From: the human T2T-CHM13v2.0 reference genome, Homo sapiens
Strand: one strand, 5' to 3'
Assembly (NCBI RefSeq): GCF_009914755.1
Contig: NC_060942.1
DNA length: 64,000 bases
Part shown: piece after piece, positions 15,290 through 29,614 of the stretch
Numbering within the stretch: the stretch's first letter is position 1
Layout: each line of letters begins with the position of its first letter
Notes under the pieces: model-generated
The model's database searches: none
Told to the model about the DNA's origin: nothing
The model's input: only the letters and a program-made list of their open reading frames with translations
Program-made: the position numbers and the translations under genes

Positions 15290-15531
15290 CAGATTCAGCA
15301 AACTTTTTATGTGAAGGCTCAAATAGTAAATATTTTAGGCCCTGTGGGCCTTATGTTTTCTGTTGCTACTATTCAACTCTGTTATTGTAGTATGAATGCA
15401 GCATTATATAATATGCAAATGAGTCAGCATGCTATGTTCTAATAAAACTTGATTTAAAGCCAGCAAACAAACAAAGAAAAAACAGGTCGCAGTCAGGACT
15501 TGGCCTGTAAAATATAGTTTGCAGGCCTTTG
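15290..15531 (+). mobile_element. MER58A (hAT-Charlie non-autonomous DNA transposon)
   Basis: cagcaaactttttatgtgaaggctcaaatagtaaatattttaggccctgtgggcc…taataaaactt…atagtttgc match MER58A. Confidence 0.85.
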
Positions 15532-16021
15532 TTTTTTGTAGGCAATAATATTATGCATTCTTTGAACACCAATGCCCAAAGCTACCTTTGAAAATTAATT
15601 ACTTTAGAAAGATTTAGTGCCTTTTATAAATCTCAAGGGCATATCTTCAAGTTCCAAAATATTTATTCTAAATGACTGAAAATCAACTCATATGATAATT
15701 ATTACATTTGAAGAATTGGTCTGGAAATGGAAGTTTACTTAGCAAAGACCAAGTCTTTCTATTAAATGGATGAGAAGAAAATAGCAATATGCTATTTTCC
15801 ATGTCAGTGTGCTAAGATGTCATGCTAGTTAAGTGGACTGACTATCTCATGATTTAACATCTATCTGGTCATAAAACCATACATTTATTTAGGTTAATGA
15901 ATATTCTTTACAGATAAAAATGTCGAAAAATATAAAATCGAAGTTTTAACTTTAATTTACATGTAGCCTAGTTTGGCAATATGTTTTAAATTCAAGCTTA
16001 AAGCTAAACTCAAAAAAGTTG

Positions 16022-16295
16022 TGTGGATCAATTATCTATTGCTACAATTATAGTCAATAAATCATGTGCCTTAAATCAGTAAGTATTCATTCAGCTCACG
16101 AGTCTATAGCTTGACAGTTTAGTCTGGATTCGCCTAGACTCACTCATTTGTCTGATGATCAGCTCCAGATTGGCCTTTTGTGGGATCACTGGGTAGGTTT
16201 GTCTCCTTCATTTACCTCAGTATTGATCTGGCTATCACTGGAATGCCCTCGTGGTAAAGGCAGAAGAACAAGAAAGCAGATGGAAAGGCAGAGTT
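16022..16295 (-). mobile_element. Old MLT1 LTR fragment (H/I/J-like)
   Basis: tatctattgctacaat, cagctcacgagtct and ctcactcatttgtctg motifs. Confidence 0.5.
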
Positions 16296-17567
16296 ACATG
16301 AAAAATGTCAAGAATATAGGGAAAGGTAAAAAATTCAGGGTACTGATGCAATCACTTTTTCCATTAGCATATGTCAATAAGTAAATTCATATATTGCAGA
16401 TTTGCAAACATTACTGTAAAAATACACTGTGTAGCTTCAAATTCTGAGAGTCGATCTCTGAATTTATACTAAAATAGCAATTTTCTGACCTGAATTGCAG
16501 GCTTAATAGAATAATAAGTTTAAAGTGGTGTTATATTTCTGGTGAAAGGAATAAGTAAATGGGGACTCTAGAAATAAAGAAAATGCATTTTAGGTTAAAA
16601 CATTTATTTTATTATTTTAAAGCAAAGTTTCATTATTCACTTAGAATAAGGATGCTTTGAAGACTCAACTCTCTATAGCCCCTTATACTTATTTTCTTTT
16701 GAAGTAAAAATGAGTTTATAATTTATTTTCATTTTCTATTTCATCTTGTTTTATGGCTCATTATTAATGTTACAGGAAATCAGGTAAGAAATTCGTGGTA
16801 TGTATGAATGATGTTACAAAAATCAAGACACAGTGTGCCATTTTCATTCACATTTATATTTGATCCTCTATATTGACAGCTAGAACAGTCTGTTTTTGTC
16901 TGTACAATAAGCACATATGATTAAAGTACATGTGGGATAAATTTTCAAGCTACCACATGGGGTTTTTTAGACTTGGCATCTGTCATTAATGTCATTAGAA
17001 GCCAAATTGCTAGAATCTTTTCTTACTCTGACATTTTATCCCATATGAAGCACACAAAAGAAGCAACATAGTGTTACTATTTTCTGTTTCAATTAAATAG
17101 TTTGTATGCGGGTAACGTTTGAGTGCTAAAGATGACAGGTCCTATTCTCCCAGGTAACAGCATTCAAATTTAATTCATTATACACGAACACTTACATATA
17201 CACTCCGCTGATTCAAAATTATATGTCTTCAGAAATAAAACGTCTTTTATGCAAATGTCTAATTTATAGATAGTCATTCAAGAATTTCTAACAACTTCTA
17301 ATGCTTCCACTGGAATCAGAAGCACTTAACATTTCAATTCAAATTATTCTTTTTGTATACTTTGTTTTTAAAATGTCCATGCAAATCAGATTTTAGATGT
17401 GTAATAGAGCATTGAACAATGAAACTACTTTTATCATTTTAATGTTAATAGTAATTGGGCATATTACATTATTTTCAGAGTCCAAATTACATACTGAGAA
17501 AACACGAGTTACTTTGGTTTAGTAGGGTTCCAGTTATTTCACTAACCTTATGTTTTATTACATCATT

Positions 17568-17757
17568 TAGAATCTGACAGAATTGCACTCAAATCTCTAT
17601 CTACATGACCTTAACCATTTGAAGCTTCACTTTACTCATTGGTAAAATGTGAACTCCATTGGTTAGTTTTGAGAATTGAAGGAAGTAATACACATAAAAC
17701 ACTTTACTTTATACCGTCACAGAGATAGCACTCAACACATAGTAATTAATATTATTG
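17568..17757 (+). mobile_element. MIR SINE
   Basis: cttcactttactcattggtaaaatg…tagcactcaacacatagtaatt resembles the MIR core and 3' tail. Confidence 0.65.
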
Positions 17758-18324
17758 TAAATTACAATTTACTATTATCACATGCTAATTCTAAAATTAA
17801 TATAATCCTAGCTCCTTTGAAATGTGAAGGACCTTGTAGCTATTAAGATGAAGAGAACAAAAGAGGAATTTGTCAAAGAGATGTCTTTCTGGTTTAGACT
17901 ACAACTTGTTCCATGTGACCTAAACCACATGAATAATTAAATCAGTTTAGGGAATTTGCAGAAACTAATGCTGAGGATAAATACAATGTTAGAGAACAAA
18001 TTAAGGTTTGAAGGTGTTTTCTAAGTGGTTTAGATAAGTTACCAATATAAATGATTGTAAGAATATTCTTAGAATAACTGTAGATAATTATAGCAAGGCA
18101 AGAACAATTTGAAGAGAGCAAGTAATCCATTAGTGTCACAGGGCTTAGTAAAATCTTAAGTGTCTGGTTTAATCCCCCTCCTCAATACTGCTTGCAAGAA
18201 ATTCCATAATCTGTCCCTTAAAAATCTCTCCCACCTCATCTTTGTCTGCATTTTCATTCATTATGCAAACAATTCAGTTGCCATATTGTTTGTATGCATT
18301 AATTTATGTTTCTAAAATAATCAC

Positions 18325-18560
18325 TTTCTGGCGTTCTACCTGGTAAATGCAAAGCCACCTTAAAGACTCAGCTCCAATCTCATTTATTTTTTAAAGATTT
18401 CTCTGACCAGACCCAAAAACTACTAGCCAGTACTTCCTTATGTTTCCTATTGTGTATTAAATACAGGGCTAACAAATCTGTCAAAGTATTACAAGTACTC
18501 ATTTAAAAGTCTATCTCTAGCTTGAATTTATATACTGGAATACAGAGATTTCTATCAAAA
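18325..18560 (+). mobile_element. L2 3' fragment
   Basis: ccttaaagactcagctcc…ttctctgacc motif. Confidence 0.45.
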
Positions 18561-20090
18561 TTTGTATGTTAGCTTTGAGATGAAAAACATATTTTATTAA
18601 TAAATGATGATTTCCCAATCAATATCTCTCCAATTTCACGAATGAGAACTACTACAGTTGAAAATGTCATTAGTCGTAATAGTCTAAGAGGTTTGAGGAC
18701 TACAGTACCATAACCTGACCAGGATGTTTAAGGTAAGAATATTCAATAAAGATAGGTGGTGCTTACAAGTAAAGCAGTGTATTGGAAAGATAATAGGCAG
18801 TTTTGATTGTCATATAGCAGTACTATTTTAATGAGTTGAGCAAAGGGATAAACTATGTTTAATAACTATGGGTTTAATTGAATTAAACACTGGAGCATTT
18901 ACCTCAATGAGATTAGGATCAGATCCCTGGACTATCTAATGAGCATACTGCTGGCATTTAATTTATTTCAATTAATATTTATTTAGCACTCACTCTGTGC
19001 TGGGAAACTTGTAGTCTCTGATCTTGGGCTTTCCTCCCTGGTAATGGAATTTCCAACAGATATAAGAATATACCATGGAGAAAATAAGTCATAGCAATAT
19101 CTATTATTTCCAATCTTTTTACTTTTTTTTAAATCATCTTTATTGATATTTAGTGACATAAAATAAATTCTATATATTTAGGGTGTACAATGTGGTAAGT
19201 TTTGATACTGCCTACACTTACAAAGCCATCAATATGAAGATAATGAATATTTTCTTCACTCCCAAAAGATTCAACAACTCTTTTGTAATTCTGAACACCT
19301 GATCTCACTCTCCCAATTCTTAGGCATTAACCTTTGACTTTTTGTCACCATAGATTATACAGTTTGCATTGTCTAGAGGTTTATATGGATGTAATCACAC
19401 TTTATGAAATCACTTGTCTGGCCTCTCCCACTCACAGTAATTATTGTGAGATTATCCATGTTCTGGTGTGATGCAGCTCTTGTCTTACATTTTACTTATA
19501 AACATGTTATGAACCCCACAACATATTGCATTTTTTGTTTAAATAATATTTTAAATAATTAATTTAATTTAAATAATTAAATATATTTAATTTATAAGAA
19601 AAATATACAAATTTACCCATGTAGTTACCATTTCTGAGACTCCTGGTCCCACCCTATGCCATTTTTATTCTACTTAAAGAATGGCCTTTAATATTTCCTG
19701 TGTTGGGCTTCTTCCAATGTTTGTATATCTTAAAAAGTCTTTAGTTTGCCCCTACATTTAAAATATATGTTTTCTGGTTGTAATTTATATCCTCTTTTAT
19801 GTCTCTACTGTAATACATAAAAGTGGATATAAGTTGCTTTAAGTTGCTCTATTGTCTTCTTGATTTGTTTCTGAAAAGAAATATACAATAATACTTAAGT
19901 CTCTTTCTTTTAAAGTAGTAGAGCATATCATTTTCCTCCTCTTGTTGCTTTTAAGATTTTTTTTTATCATGTATTTGAGGCAATTTGATTATGTGAGGTT
20001 GAGGAACCACAGAAACATGAAATCAAACATGTTGAGCTTCTTGGATCTTGGGATTACTGTTTCTATCAAAACCAAAATTGTTTCAAACAT

Positions 20091-21140
20091 TTTTCTTTTT
20101 CTTAATTGTTTTATTTATATTTTGATTCAGAGGGTAATGTTCAGGTTTGTTACATGGATATATTGCATGATGCTGAGGCTTTGGTTTCTAATGATCCCAT
20201 TACCCAAGTATAACATAGTACCTGGTAGTTTTTCAAACTCTGTCCCCCTCCCTGCCTTCTCCCTTCTGGCATCTCCAGTGTCTATTGCTCCCATCTTTGT
20301 GTCCGTGTGTACTCGGTGTTTGGCTCCCACTTATAAGTGAGAGTATTTGGTTTTCTGTTTCAGCATTAATTTGCTAAGGATAATGGCTTCTGGCTGCATT
20401 CCATGCTGCTGCAAAGGACATGATTTTGTTCTTTTTTGATGGTTGCATAGTATTCCATGGTGTATAGGTACCACATTTTCTTTATCCAACCCACCATTGG
20501 TAGGCACCTGTCTTGATTCCATGTCTTTAGTATTGAAAATAGTGCTGCAAAAAGCATATGAATTCAGGTATCTTTTTGGAAGAATGATTTATTTTTCTTT
20601 GGTGATATACCCAGCAATGGAATTGCTGGGTTTAATAGTAATTCCGCTCTAAGTTCTTTGAGTAATCTCCAAACTGCTTTTCACAGGGGCTGAACTAATT
20701 TGCATTCCCACAAAGAGTGTATAAGTGTTTCCTTTTTAACACAACTTCTCCAACATTTGTTATTTTTTGACTTTTTATTAATAGCCATACAAATTGGTGT
20801 GAGATGGTATCTCATTGTTTTGATTTGCATCTCTCTGATAATTAGTGATGTTGAGCATTTTTTCATGTTTGTTGGGTCCTTGTATATCTTCTTTTGAGAA
20901 GTTTCTGTTTATGCCCTTTGCCCAGTTTTTAATGGGATTACTTTTTTCTTGTTTATTTGAACCTCCTTATAGATTCTGGATATCAGTTATTTTTGAGACA
21001 CAGTTTGCAAATATTTTTTCCTTCTCTGGATATTGTCTGTTTACTCTGTTGATAGTTTTTTTTTTTTTTTTTTTTTTTTTTTTGCAGAGCAAAAGCTTTT
21101 TAGATTAGTTAGTTCCTATTTGTCCATTTTTGGGGGGTTG
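20091..21140 (-). mobile_element. L1PA15/16-like 3' fragment (~1 kb)
   Basis: ORF2 C-terminal peptides ([24 protein letters not shown]; KKMWYLYTMEYYA) and the L1PA16-type 3'UTR. Confidence 0.93.
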
Positions 21141-21834
21141 CAATGTCAGAAATTATTCTTGAAATATATTTTTTGCTCTGTTTCTTTAAAGACTCCAATT
21201 ATAATACACACATATTAAATTGTTTGAAGTTGTCTTTTAGTTTATCGGTACTCTTCATTATTTGGTGATTCTCTTTTCTTTGTGTTTTATATTTGTTACC
21301 TGCAAATTCATTGAAATTTTACCAATAATCTCATTCAGTATTTCTTATTTCAGATATTATATGTTTCTTCATTAGAAGTGGTCGTTTTATAGTTCCAATA
21401 TATCTGCTTAACTTTTTTAATATCTCGGCACAGTTTGAAAAACTATTTAAATGCCTTTTTCTGCTAATTTTAATAATTGTTATTTCTTAGCTGGCTTTAG
21501 TTAACTTTTCTCTTCTATGGGTCATATCTTTCTTTACTTCTTCTCATGCCTACTAGTAGTTGTTCAGGGACCGAAAATTGTGAATTTTACATTGTTGGGT
21601 GCTGGATATTTTAGTACTTTTAAATATTTACGACTTTATTTTGAGATGCAGCTAAATCACTTAGAAACAGTTTAATCATCTTGATTCTTGCTGTTAAAAT
21701 TTTTTATATAGGATCAGAGCAGCATTTAGTTCAAAGTAAATTATTCCCCATGATTAAGGCAATCCCCTTCTGAGTATTCTACCCAGTATCCTGTGAATTA
21801 TGATGATTTGTCAAACTGATAATAGGCTAGGGGC

Positions 21835-22147
21835 GGCCAGGTGCAGTGGCTCATGCCCGTAATCCTAGCACTTTGGGAGGCCAAGGCAGGCGGAACACCT
21901 GAGGTCAGGAGTTCGAGACCAGCCTGGCCAACATGGTGAAACCCCATCTCCACTAAAATATACCCCCCCAAAAAAAAAAAAAAAAAGCCAAGTGTGGGGG
22001 CGGGCACCTGTAGTCCCAGCTACTCAGGAGGCTGAGGCAGGAGAATGGCTTTACCCAGGAGGCGGAGGTTGCAGTGAGCCGAGATCACACCACTGCACTC
22101 CAGTCTGGGCAACAAAAGCAAAACTCTGTCTCAAAAAAAAAAAAAAA
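21835..22147 (+). mobile_element. AluS (Sq/Sx-like)
   Basis: Full dimer with poly(A) tail. Confidence 0.95.
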
Positions 22148-22499
22148 CCAGCTGGGGGCATGCACACCTCAGGTAGTTTTTGCTTGGTGTCAGGTAGTTC
22201 ACTCGTGTGCATGTGTTCATCAGTAATCAAATGAACATTCAAGGGATCTCTATTCAGATTTGAACTTCTCTGTGCAACTCCCTCCTTTCTGGTTGTCTAC
22301 CCTGCAAATTCTAGCTAGCTCTGTTGCCCCAGATTTTCAGCTTTGCTTCATCAACCCAGAAGTCCACTGGGTTCAACATTGGTTTCCTCTCACAATGCTA
22401 GAGCCCAGAAACAGTCCCAAGGCAGTAAACTGAGGTCATAGGGCTCATCTCATTTGTTTCCCCTCTGTCAGGAATTAGTACCCCTCATTGCCTGATTAG

Positions 22500-23820
22500 A
22501 GCAGGTAGTCAGGGTTAGAAGTAGAGAAAAGAAGAAAGGCTGTTTGTACTGTCAGAAGACATGGAATATTATAACCAAATTCCATATAAGAAACAGGAAT
22601 AAAGTTGGAAAGATGATAGGATTCATTTATATTCATTTGTTTACCATTTTTTTCCAAAACTGGGAGAATCTAGACCTTCTTCCTATACAAATGGGATTAA
22701 TGTAGTAGATAGTGAGCAATTGGTAAAACAAAAGAGAAGATCACTTGATTGACAGTTCTTGAGAAAGTTTTCAGAGTGGAATTTGGGCACAAGTGGAGAA
22801 AATGAGTTTCAATAGGAGCAGATAAACTTTATCTATATCCTAAAAAGTACATGGTACAGAGGCAATATGGTATAAAAATTTGGAACATGAACTGCAGTTA
22901 TGTCACATACAGTTAACTGTAAAATGGTGCTAAAAATAGCAATTATGTCATGGGTTTCTTGTGGAGATTATAATGTCATGAGACATGGAATGATGCAAGC
23001 CCAAAGTGAACACAACATAGTACTTGACAAATGTTAGCAATTTTTATTACTATTTCTCATAACTGGAAAGTCACTTGTGAAATTAGTATCATAGAATAAT
23101 TACGCAATTTTGAGTGCTTATTTGAGTTTAGCTTCCAGAAATTTATGGAGTCCAATTACTATATTGCCTCAGCATTCTCCACCATCTTTAAGTTGTAGAT
23201 ATACAGATGTTGTTATTAGTTTTTTAAAGCCTGCATTTTTGCTTTCCCAGATAAGGGATTTGAGGTGTTTTATGCAAGGCAGTCATACATATCCTGGACA
23301 ATGTATTGCAAGTGGGTAAGATGGAAATGAAACATATTAACATATTAATTAATAGTGAAAACATGATAGAGTTTAAATATTGAAGGTATTAATTGGGTGC
23401 CAGAACTACTGATTTGAACCTATGGGATCTAGAAGGAAATGATATAGTCAGAGATGGGAATACCACCCGCCAGGAAATTTTGGAAGGTTACAATTATTGT
23501 TGAGAGTATGACCATGAGAAATTATGACTGTGGGAATGGATTGTTGCAAATGAGGAGGTTGACATCAGAGGGGAAAAGGTGCTAAATAAATATAAACATG
23601 TATTGAAATATCATAATTTATGATAAAATGAATAGTGAAAAAACTGATGCAGGTTTTAGAGGCATTAATAAATGAGAAGAAAGGGTCCATGGGGGATATT
23701 AATAATGATAGCAACAAAGAAGGGTATTAGTAGATAAAAGTGATGGTATAAATGTTAAAGAAAGTTTGTCTTCCTTAGGAAGAAGAAAGATAAGCGCTTT
23801 GGAAATAAATGTAAGTTGCA
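22500..23820 (-). mobile_element. Highly decayed L2 ORF2 fragments
   Basis: Purine-rich segments resembling antisense L2; low identity. Confidence 0.4.
22915..23055 (+). mobile_element. MIR 3' fragment
   Basis: ctgtaaaatggtgctaaaaatagc…catagtacttgacaaatgttagc. Confidence 0.65.
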
Positions 23821-24439
23821 CAGATATAGTGAAATTGTAAAAAATGAAATCAAATTTAAAAATTGATACTTTAAAAATTAGAATAACTTATGTCTGGACC
23901 ACCTAAATATTAAGGGATTTTTCTTAGAATTTTAGGTTATAGTGGTGCTAGACGAGAGTTATATAAGCTCGTTGTGAGAAGTAGTGGCAAGACACGAGAG
24001 AGAAGCAATCATATAACATTCCACCCAAATTCCCCAGGATATTTTTCTCCAAAGCAGAGGACTTCTAATTGAGAAATATTGTACTCACATAATTTATATT
24101 ATTATGTTATTTTGTAACCATTTTTCATTGACCATTGGTTTCATTATATTGTTGAACCTTCAAAACCATTCTATTTGAATACTCCATTCAAAACCAAAAC
24201 TTTTTCTAAATTAAATATGTAATTTTATGTAATTTTAAAAAATCGTTTTGGATGGAGTTTGTAAATAGCATACCGCAAAATGATAGTTGCTTTTATTTTT
24301 GATAAGGTATAAATTCAAAACTTTATGTTAATTTGTTGAATTGGACTAAAGAAATCAAACCACTATTGAAATTAATTATACTTAGAACCATCTGATAACA
24401 GCAAGGTAAAAGTCATTATTCAACTGCTGTTTTCAACTA

Positions 24440-25440
24440 ACAACAAGAATGTGCTAGAATATCTACACAATCATAATTATTTTAAGCCCTTCAGTGAGCT
24501 GAGATTGCAAAAGAATCTGGTGAACTGAAATCCAGAAAGTTATAAGCCTTTCTTTGGAGAGAGGAAACCCACACTGTTTTCATGTTTGGTAGAGCAGCAT
24601 GAGGAAGGGTTTTAAAATTCCAGGGATCCCCAAACATAAAAGAACCACATGCCAATTCTTTCTTATAGGCCAAATGCCTACAAAGCAATTAGCGGCAGGG
24701 GAGAGATACTGAAAAATGTTCTCTTTGAAGCACTGGTCCTGCTATGATCTGAGACAAGAGTAGATGACCTGGGAAAAAACTTTGCATACTCCCTTACTAA
24801 GCCTGAGAATGAGGCAATGAAGTGCCTTCACTGGAGGAATGGCAGTAGAGCTGAGAGAAATCCCTTCTGAGTTGTAGATTGCTGGGATTGCTATAGTCTC
24901 AAGCCAGGATGAAATAACTCAAAGAAATAATTCAGCTATTACCCACTGAATAAATCACTGTCTACCTACCCTCTGGGAGGGTCAGGCAGATCAGAGTTTT
25001 GACATTGGTGAGGAGGTACAAAGACCTCGATGAAGCCTGGGGGTATGAAGGAGACCTGTGACAAAATATCCAAGCTCCACGATTCCAATCCCTGCTTTAA
25101 AAATTTGTATGATCCTGTTCTCAAAGATTGTGAAGCCTGTCATGTTTCAATGTAACAAAAGAAAACAAATAAACAAAACCAGACCAGGAATGACTGCTGA
25201 GTACCCTGACTCAACAAGACACACTAATGACCTGATAGAAAATAAAGAATTGCACCTTTATCTGTGCATAAGTATTATTTTCCTCAGTCTTTAGTGTTAT
25301 TTTACTACAAGATCTAGCATTTAATAAAAATTAGAAGACACAATGTAACCCATCATCATATTATTAAAAGCAATAATCAATTAAAAAGGGCATAGTTGAT
25401 CAAGATTTTGAAATTATCCCACAAATGATTTAATACTTTT
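24440..25440 (+). mobile_element. Old L1M 5' region fragment
   Basis: Resembles L1ME/L1M4 5'UTR-ORF1 start (atctagcatttaataaaaattagaagacac). Confidence 0.45.
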
Positions 25441-27469
25441 TATTATGTATTTACTTTTATTTTGAGGCTCATTGCTATTAAAAGGGTTTACTATTAAAAA
25501 AAAGCATTACCAACAAATAAAGCAATAGATGATTATAGATTCATTTCATGACAAAAAAATGAGGAAAAAGCTCTACTGAGTATTTAGGTTACTCTCTATA
25601 TGCTGAAATACATGACTTCTTATCTCTATTTTCTACAAATATTTTATGTGTGTAAAACATATAATTTCCTCCTGATCTTGGTGATTGGTAGCTTTGCAAC
25701 TTTGTGCATCTCTGAAGTTGTGGCAGGGGTCATGGCACAGTTGGCTAGTATACCAAATGGTCAGGAGAGCAGCAACATAGAATGTTGTTCCCATCACCAC
25801 TAGAAACTGGAAAGACTGAGCTCTTCCTAGATGCTTCTTTTTGAGCACACATCTATTTATCAGAAACTACCCTGCATGCTTTCCTTTAATGGGAGCTGTT
25901 AGTTTCATTGAGGCTGAGAAGAATTGTGTAAAGGCAGAAGAATTGTTTATCACTAATAGTCTCCCTGAGTTTACCAAGGATTAAGGTGAGAACACTATTC
26001 ATTGTACAAGCATCTCCTACACTACTAGGAAAGACCATATCAGAAGCTAGAAGTATTATAATAACCTATATAAAATGCTAACATCAATTATTTGACTTAC
26101 AAGAACAGAAATTTTATATGTGTAACCTGAAAATCTAATGGTAGTGCAAAATCAGACTGGGTATCAGGTGATAAATTTGGGCAGTCTCAGTCTAACCAAG
26201 CAAACAATTGTCCTAATTAACCTCCATATTTAGATGGATAGATATGGATTTATAATGAAAGCAGCCACATTTCACATTTATGAAATAATGAAAGCATCAT
26301 TATGCATTATTTTTATTAAAAGATACATATTTTTTGAATAAATTGTAAAACCCAAGTAATAAATCTTACCTATTTTGAAAAGATAACTAATGTGACATAG
26401 TAAATATGAGCAAATATATGGATTCCATTGAAGGATTTTTGAAGAATCTCAATTGAGATCCTTGAACTCACCTTCCAAAGGAGTCTTGGAAGGTAAAAAA
26501 TATATACTGAGGCTGGAGTCATAAAGCTTAAATTTGACTATTACATAGATAAGATCTAAATGATAAATGTATAATATGATATTTTTAGATGTCTTCTAAT
26601 GATATAGTACAAATCCTGGCTGAAATATTTGAAGGCAAGCATGTATGTAATGAAATTATTTTAAAGCTTAGTGAGGTAATTCAGTAAGTGATCAAGCATA
26701 ATACTTATAATAAATCATAAATTGTTGTTATATAAAAATTAACAATATACTCTATATTTTGGAATAACAGCTTAACATTCATTGTGGAAAAAAATCACTC
26801 TTTTTTCCAAAGAAAGCTCTATAACTGAAAGTTCATAAATTCTCCTTAACCTATACAATATCTCAGTGACAATAAGGTAGGGTGTGCAAACACATCAGGA
26901 AAGGTTTCAATTAAACTTACACTGCATCAGTAAATTTTTATTAAAGATTCAAAGCGCAAAATATCACCGATGATGAGAGTTATTCTCTCATTCATTCAGC
27001 TTTGAGCTTTGTTTTATTCCAAGTCCTCTGATATGGTGTCTAGGCTCCCCACCCTTTTAAAATTGAAAATAAAATATCTTGATTGCATTTGTAGAGGGAA
27101 AACAAGAAATTCTTGTTAACATAAACTCAGAACATGAGATAAGAAATTTTAGTATCCGCAGCTTAAATAAAGAATTTATACAGTCAATACCAAATTGTAA
27201 CAGTTAAGAAGAGAAATGAATAGCAATTTTGAACTCATTATAATTCAACTAGATGTATTTCTAGTAAGAATTACATGTAATATAGAACACATATTGCATG
27301 TATATGTACTATATAACATATGCCATATGATATGTATTACTTTGACATAATTTAAACAATTAGAAATTAAAGGTCAGAGATATAACAAACCATAATATTT
27401 TGGAAGAAAAATAGCCTTATTAAGCTCATTATAATTGAACTATGAGCATATCTGGCAGGACATTTAAAT

Positions 27470-28080
27470 GTGAGTGTGTGTGTGTGTGTATACACATATA
27501 TATGTGTGTATATATATACACACACATTTAAATGTGTGTGTATATATATACACACACATACACACGTATATATGTTAAATGTATATATGTATATATAAAT
27601 GTATATATATACACGTTAAATGTGTATATATACACATATGTGCGTGTATATATACACATATATACGCATGTATACATGCGTGTATATATACACATATATA
27701 CGCATGTATACATGCGTATATATGTATACATGTATACATATATACACACATGTATATGTGTGTATATATACACACATGTATATGTGTATATGTGTGTATA
27801 TATACACACATGTATATGTGTATATATGTGTATGTATATGTGTATATATACACACATGTATATGTGTATATATACACACATGTATATGTGTATATATGTG
27901 TATATATACACACATGTATATGTGTATATATGTGTATATATACACACATGTATATGTGTATATATGTGTATATATACACACATGTATATGTGTATATATG
28001 TGTATATATACACACATGTATATGTATGTATATATGTGTGTATATATATACTCACACATACATTTATATAGATATATATC
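27470..28080. repeat. Compound (TA/CA/TG)n microsatellite/VNTR, ~600 bp
   Basis: Almost uninterrupted purine-pyrimidine alternation; 34-bp unit tatatatacacacatgtatatgtgtatatatgtg x4 at 27867-28002; 54-bp perfect palindrome at 27503-27556. Confidence 0.97.
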
Positions 28081-29614
28081 AGCAAGGAACACTCTGTGAC
28101 TAGAGAACATGAGTTAGCATATAAAGGACAGCCAAGTACCCAAGTGGTGAAACATATGTAGAAAGCTCCCTAAGACTTTTTTGCATATAAAAGTATAAAG
28201 CATGTCAATTTCCACAGTCATTTTAAATTTTTGTTATTACAAACAATGATCTTGTCATTTAGATATGTTGATCAACCTATCAAATTGAGTGAAGAATGAC
28301 AGAATCATTTCTATTGGTAGAAAGTTTAACTAATTGACTTTCTAGTTTTCCTATATTTTTAGTTTTATAGCTATTTTTAGTAGGTAAATATAATTATCAC
28401 ATAATTAACTTATACAGCACAACTTTATATTAACACAGAATAATATGCTTGTGGCTAAAGTAGTCAAGAATAGTATAGACATAACTTCTTCCTTAAATGA
28501 GTATTATATTTACACAGTCCATGTGCATATAACCACTGTCAAAACAAAATCAAATTACAATAATTTGAGCTTACAAGTTATGTGACATTGAGTAAGTTAC
28601 TTAAACTTAGTAGAATTTCTCAAAACAAAGAAACTGTTTTATTCTAATGCTGCAGATGAAGAAATCTGCTTTTGGTTCTTAAAGACATTTGTTTGCCCTA
28701 GATTTCATTCAACAATACTTCAAAAGCTTAAGACAACACTTGGCTAGGGAATCTTGTGATATTAATATGTAATATAAGCCATCACATATTATGACATCCG
28801 AAAACAATACAATAAAAGTTTAACAGTTTGACATATTCAGAATTGCCCCTAAAGATATGCTTTAAAATGGACAGTTTTGTTTCTTGGAAATGTATAAAAC
28901 TCAGACCCCTTACTTAATGGTTGTGGGGGAAGACACGGTGTGAGCCCTGTGAGGGGAGGGACGGAGAGATGAGAACTGATATGCCATGTGCTCTCCCAAT
29001 TTACCTGTTAACCTAATTTTCTTGCAGGAAGGTCCTAATCCTAGTAAAGAAGCAGGATGTTTTCTTCATTATAGGGAAAAAAGAGTAGGTATTTGGGGTT
29101 TCTAGGAGTTGGGATTTCTGTTCCCCTCAGGGAAGGAATAAAGTTAAAAAATAGAATAAAAGTGCCTGATATTCTTTGGGGTGGATTCCTGTGCATGCAG
29201 ATTGGGTATGGAACCATTATCAGTTGCTTGTTTATAGTAAATATGGGAACACGAATGCTCTGGCCTGGGTTGGCCAGGCTAATACCTAAAAAAATGACAG
29301 CATGTCACTTAGACATGTTTTGCAATTAGCAGAAGAAACATCACAATGAATTTTTTTGGTAGCAGTAGACTGAGAAGAATAAGAAAGTTTGGGGCTAGGA
29401 AACACTCTATTTCTCAAATAAAAGTTAGAGTACTAATTGACTTTTTAAATAATTGCCATTACTATATTGATATCATTAAATTAATTTTAAATAAATTAAT
29501 GCAGGCTTGTTATTTTGAAAATTGAGCAAGGTTTGGATAAACTTTCTTAAATTGATAGAAGATAGAAAAATAAATTGGCTTAGACTGTATCTTTCATAAT
29601 CCCCTAAACTCGAG

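Larger units (their letters stand above)
19125..22500 (-). mobile_element. Old L1M (L1MD/ME-type) fragments: 3' end, ORF1 and 5' region, interrupted by L1PA and Alu
   Basis: 3'UTR-like segment at 19125-19480 (ggtgtacaatgtggtaagttttgata), ORF1-like T-rich segments, and a 5'UTR at 22150-22500 homologous to the plus-strand L1M 5' region at 51610-52150. Confidence 0.65.

Noticed and set aside
16776-16783. Possible microexon (tacag|GAAATCAG|gtaaga)
   Set aside because: 8 nt is not frame-preserving, the polypyrimidine tract is weak, and no host gene is evident; needs RNA-seq.
27528-28110. Six overlapping 146-185 aa ORFs rich in Y/I/H/T/C/V/M
   Set aside because: Artefact of an alternating RY microsatellite that lacks stop codons in all frames.
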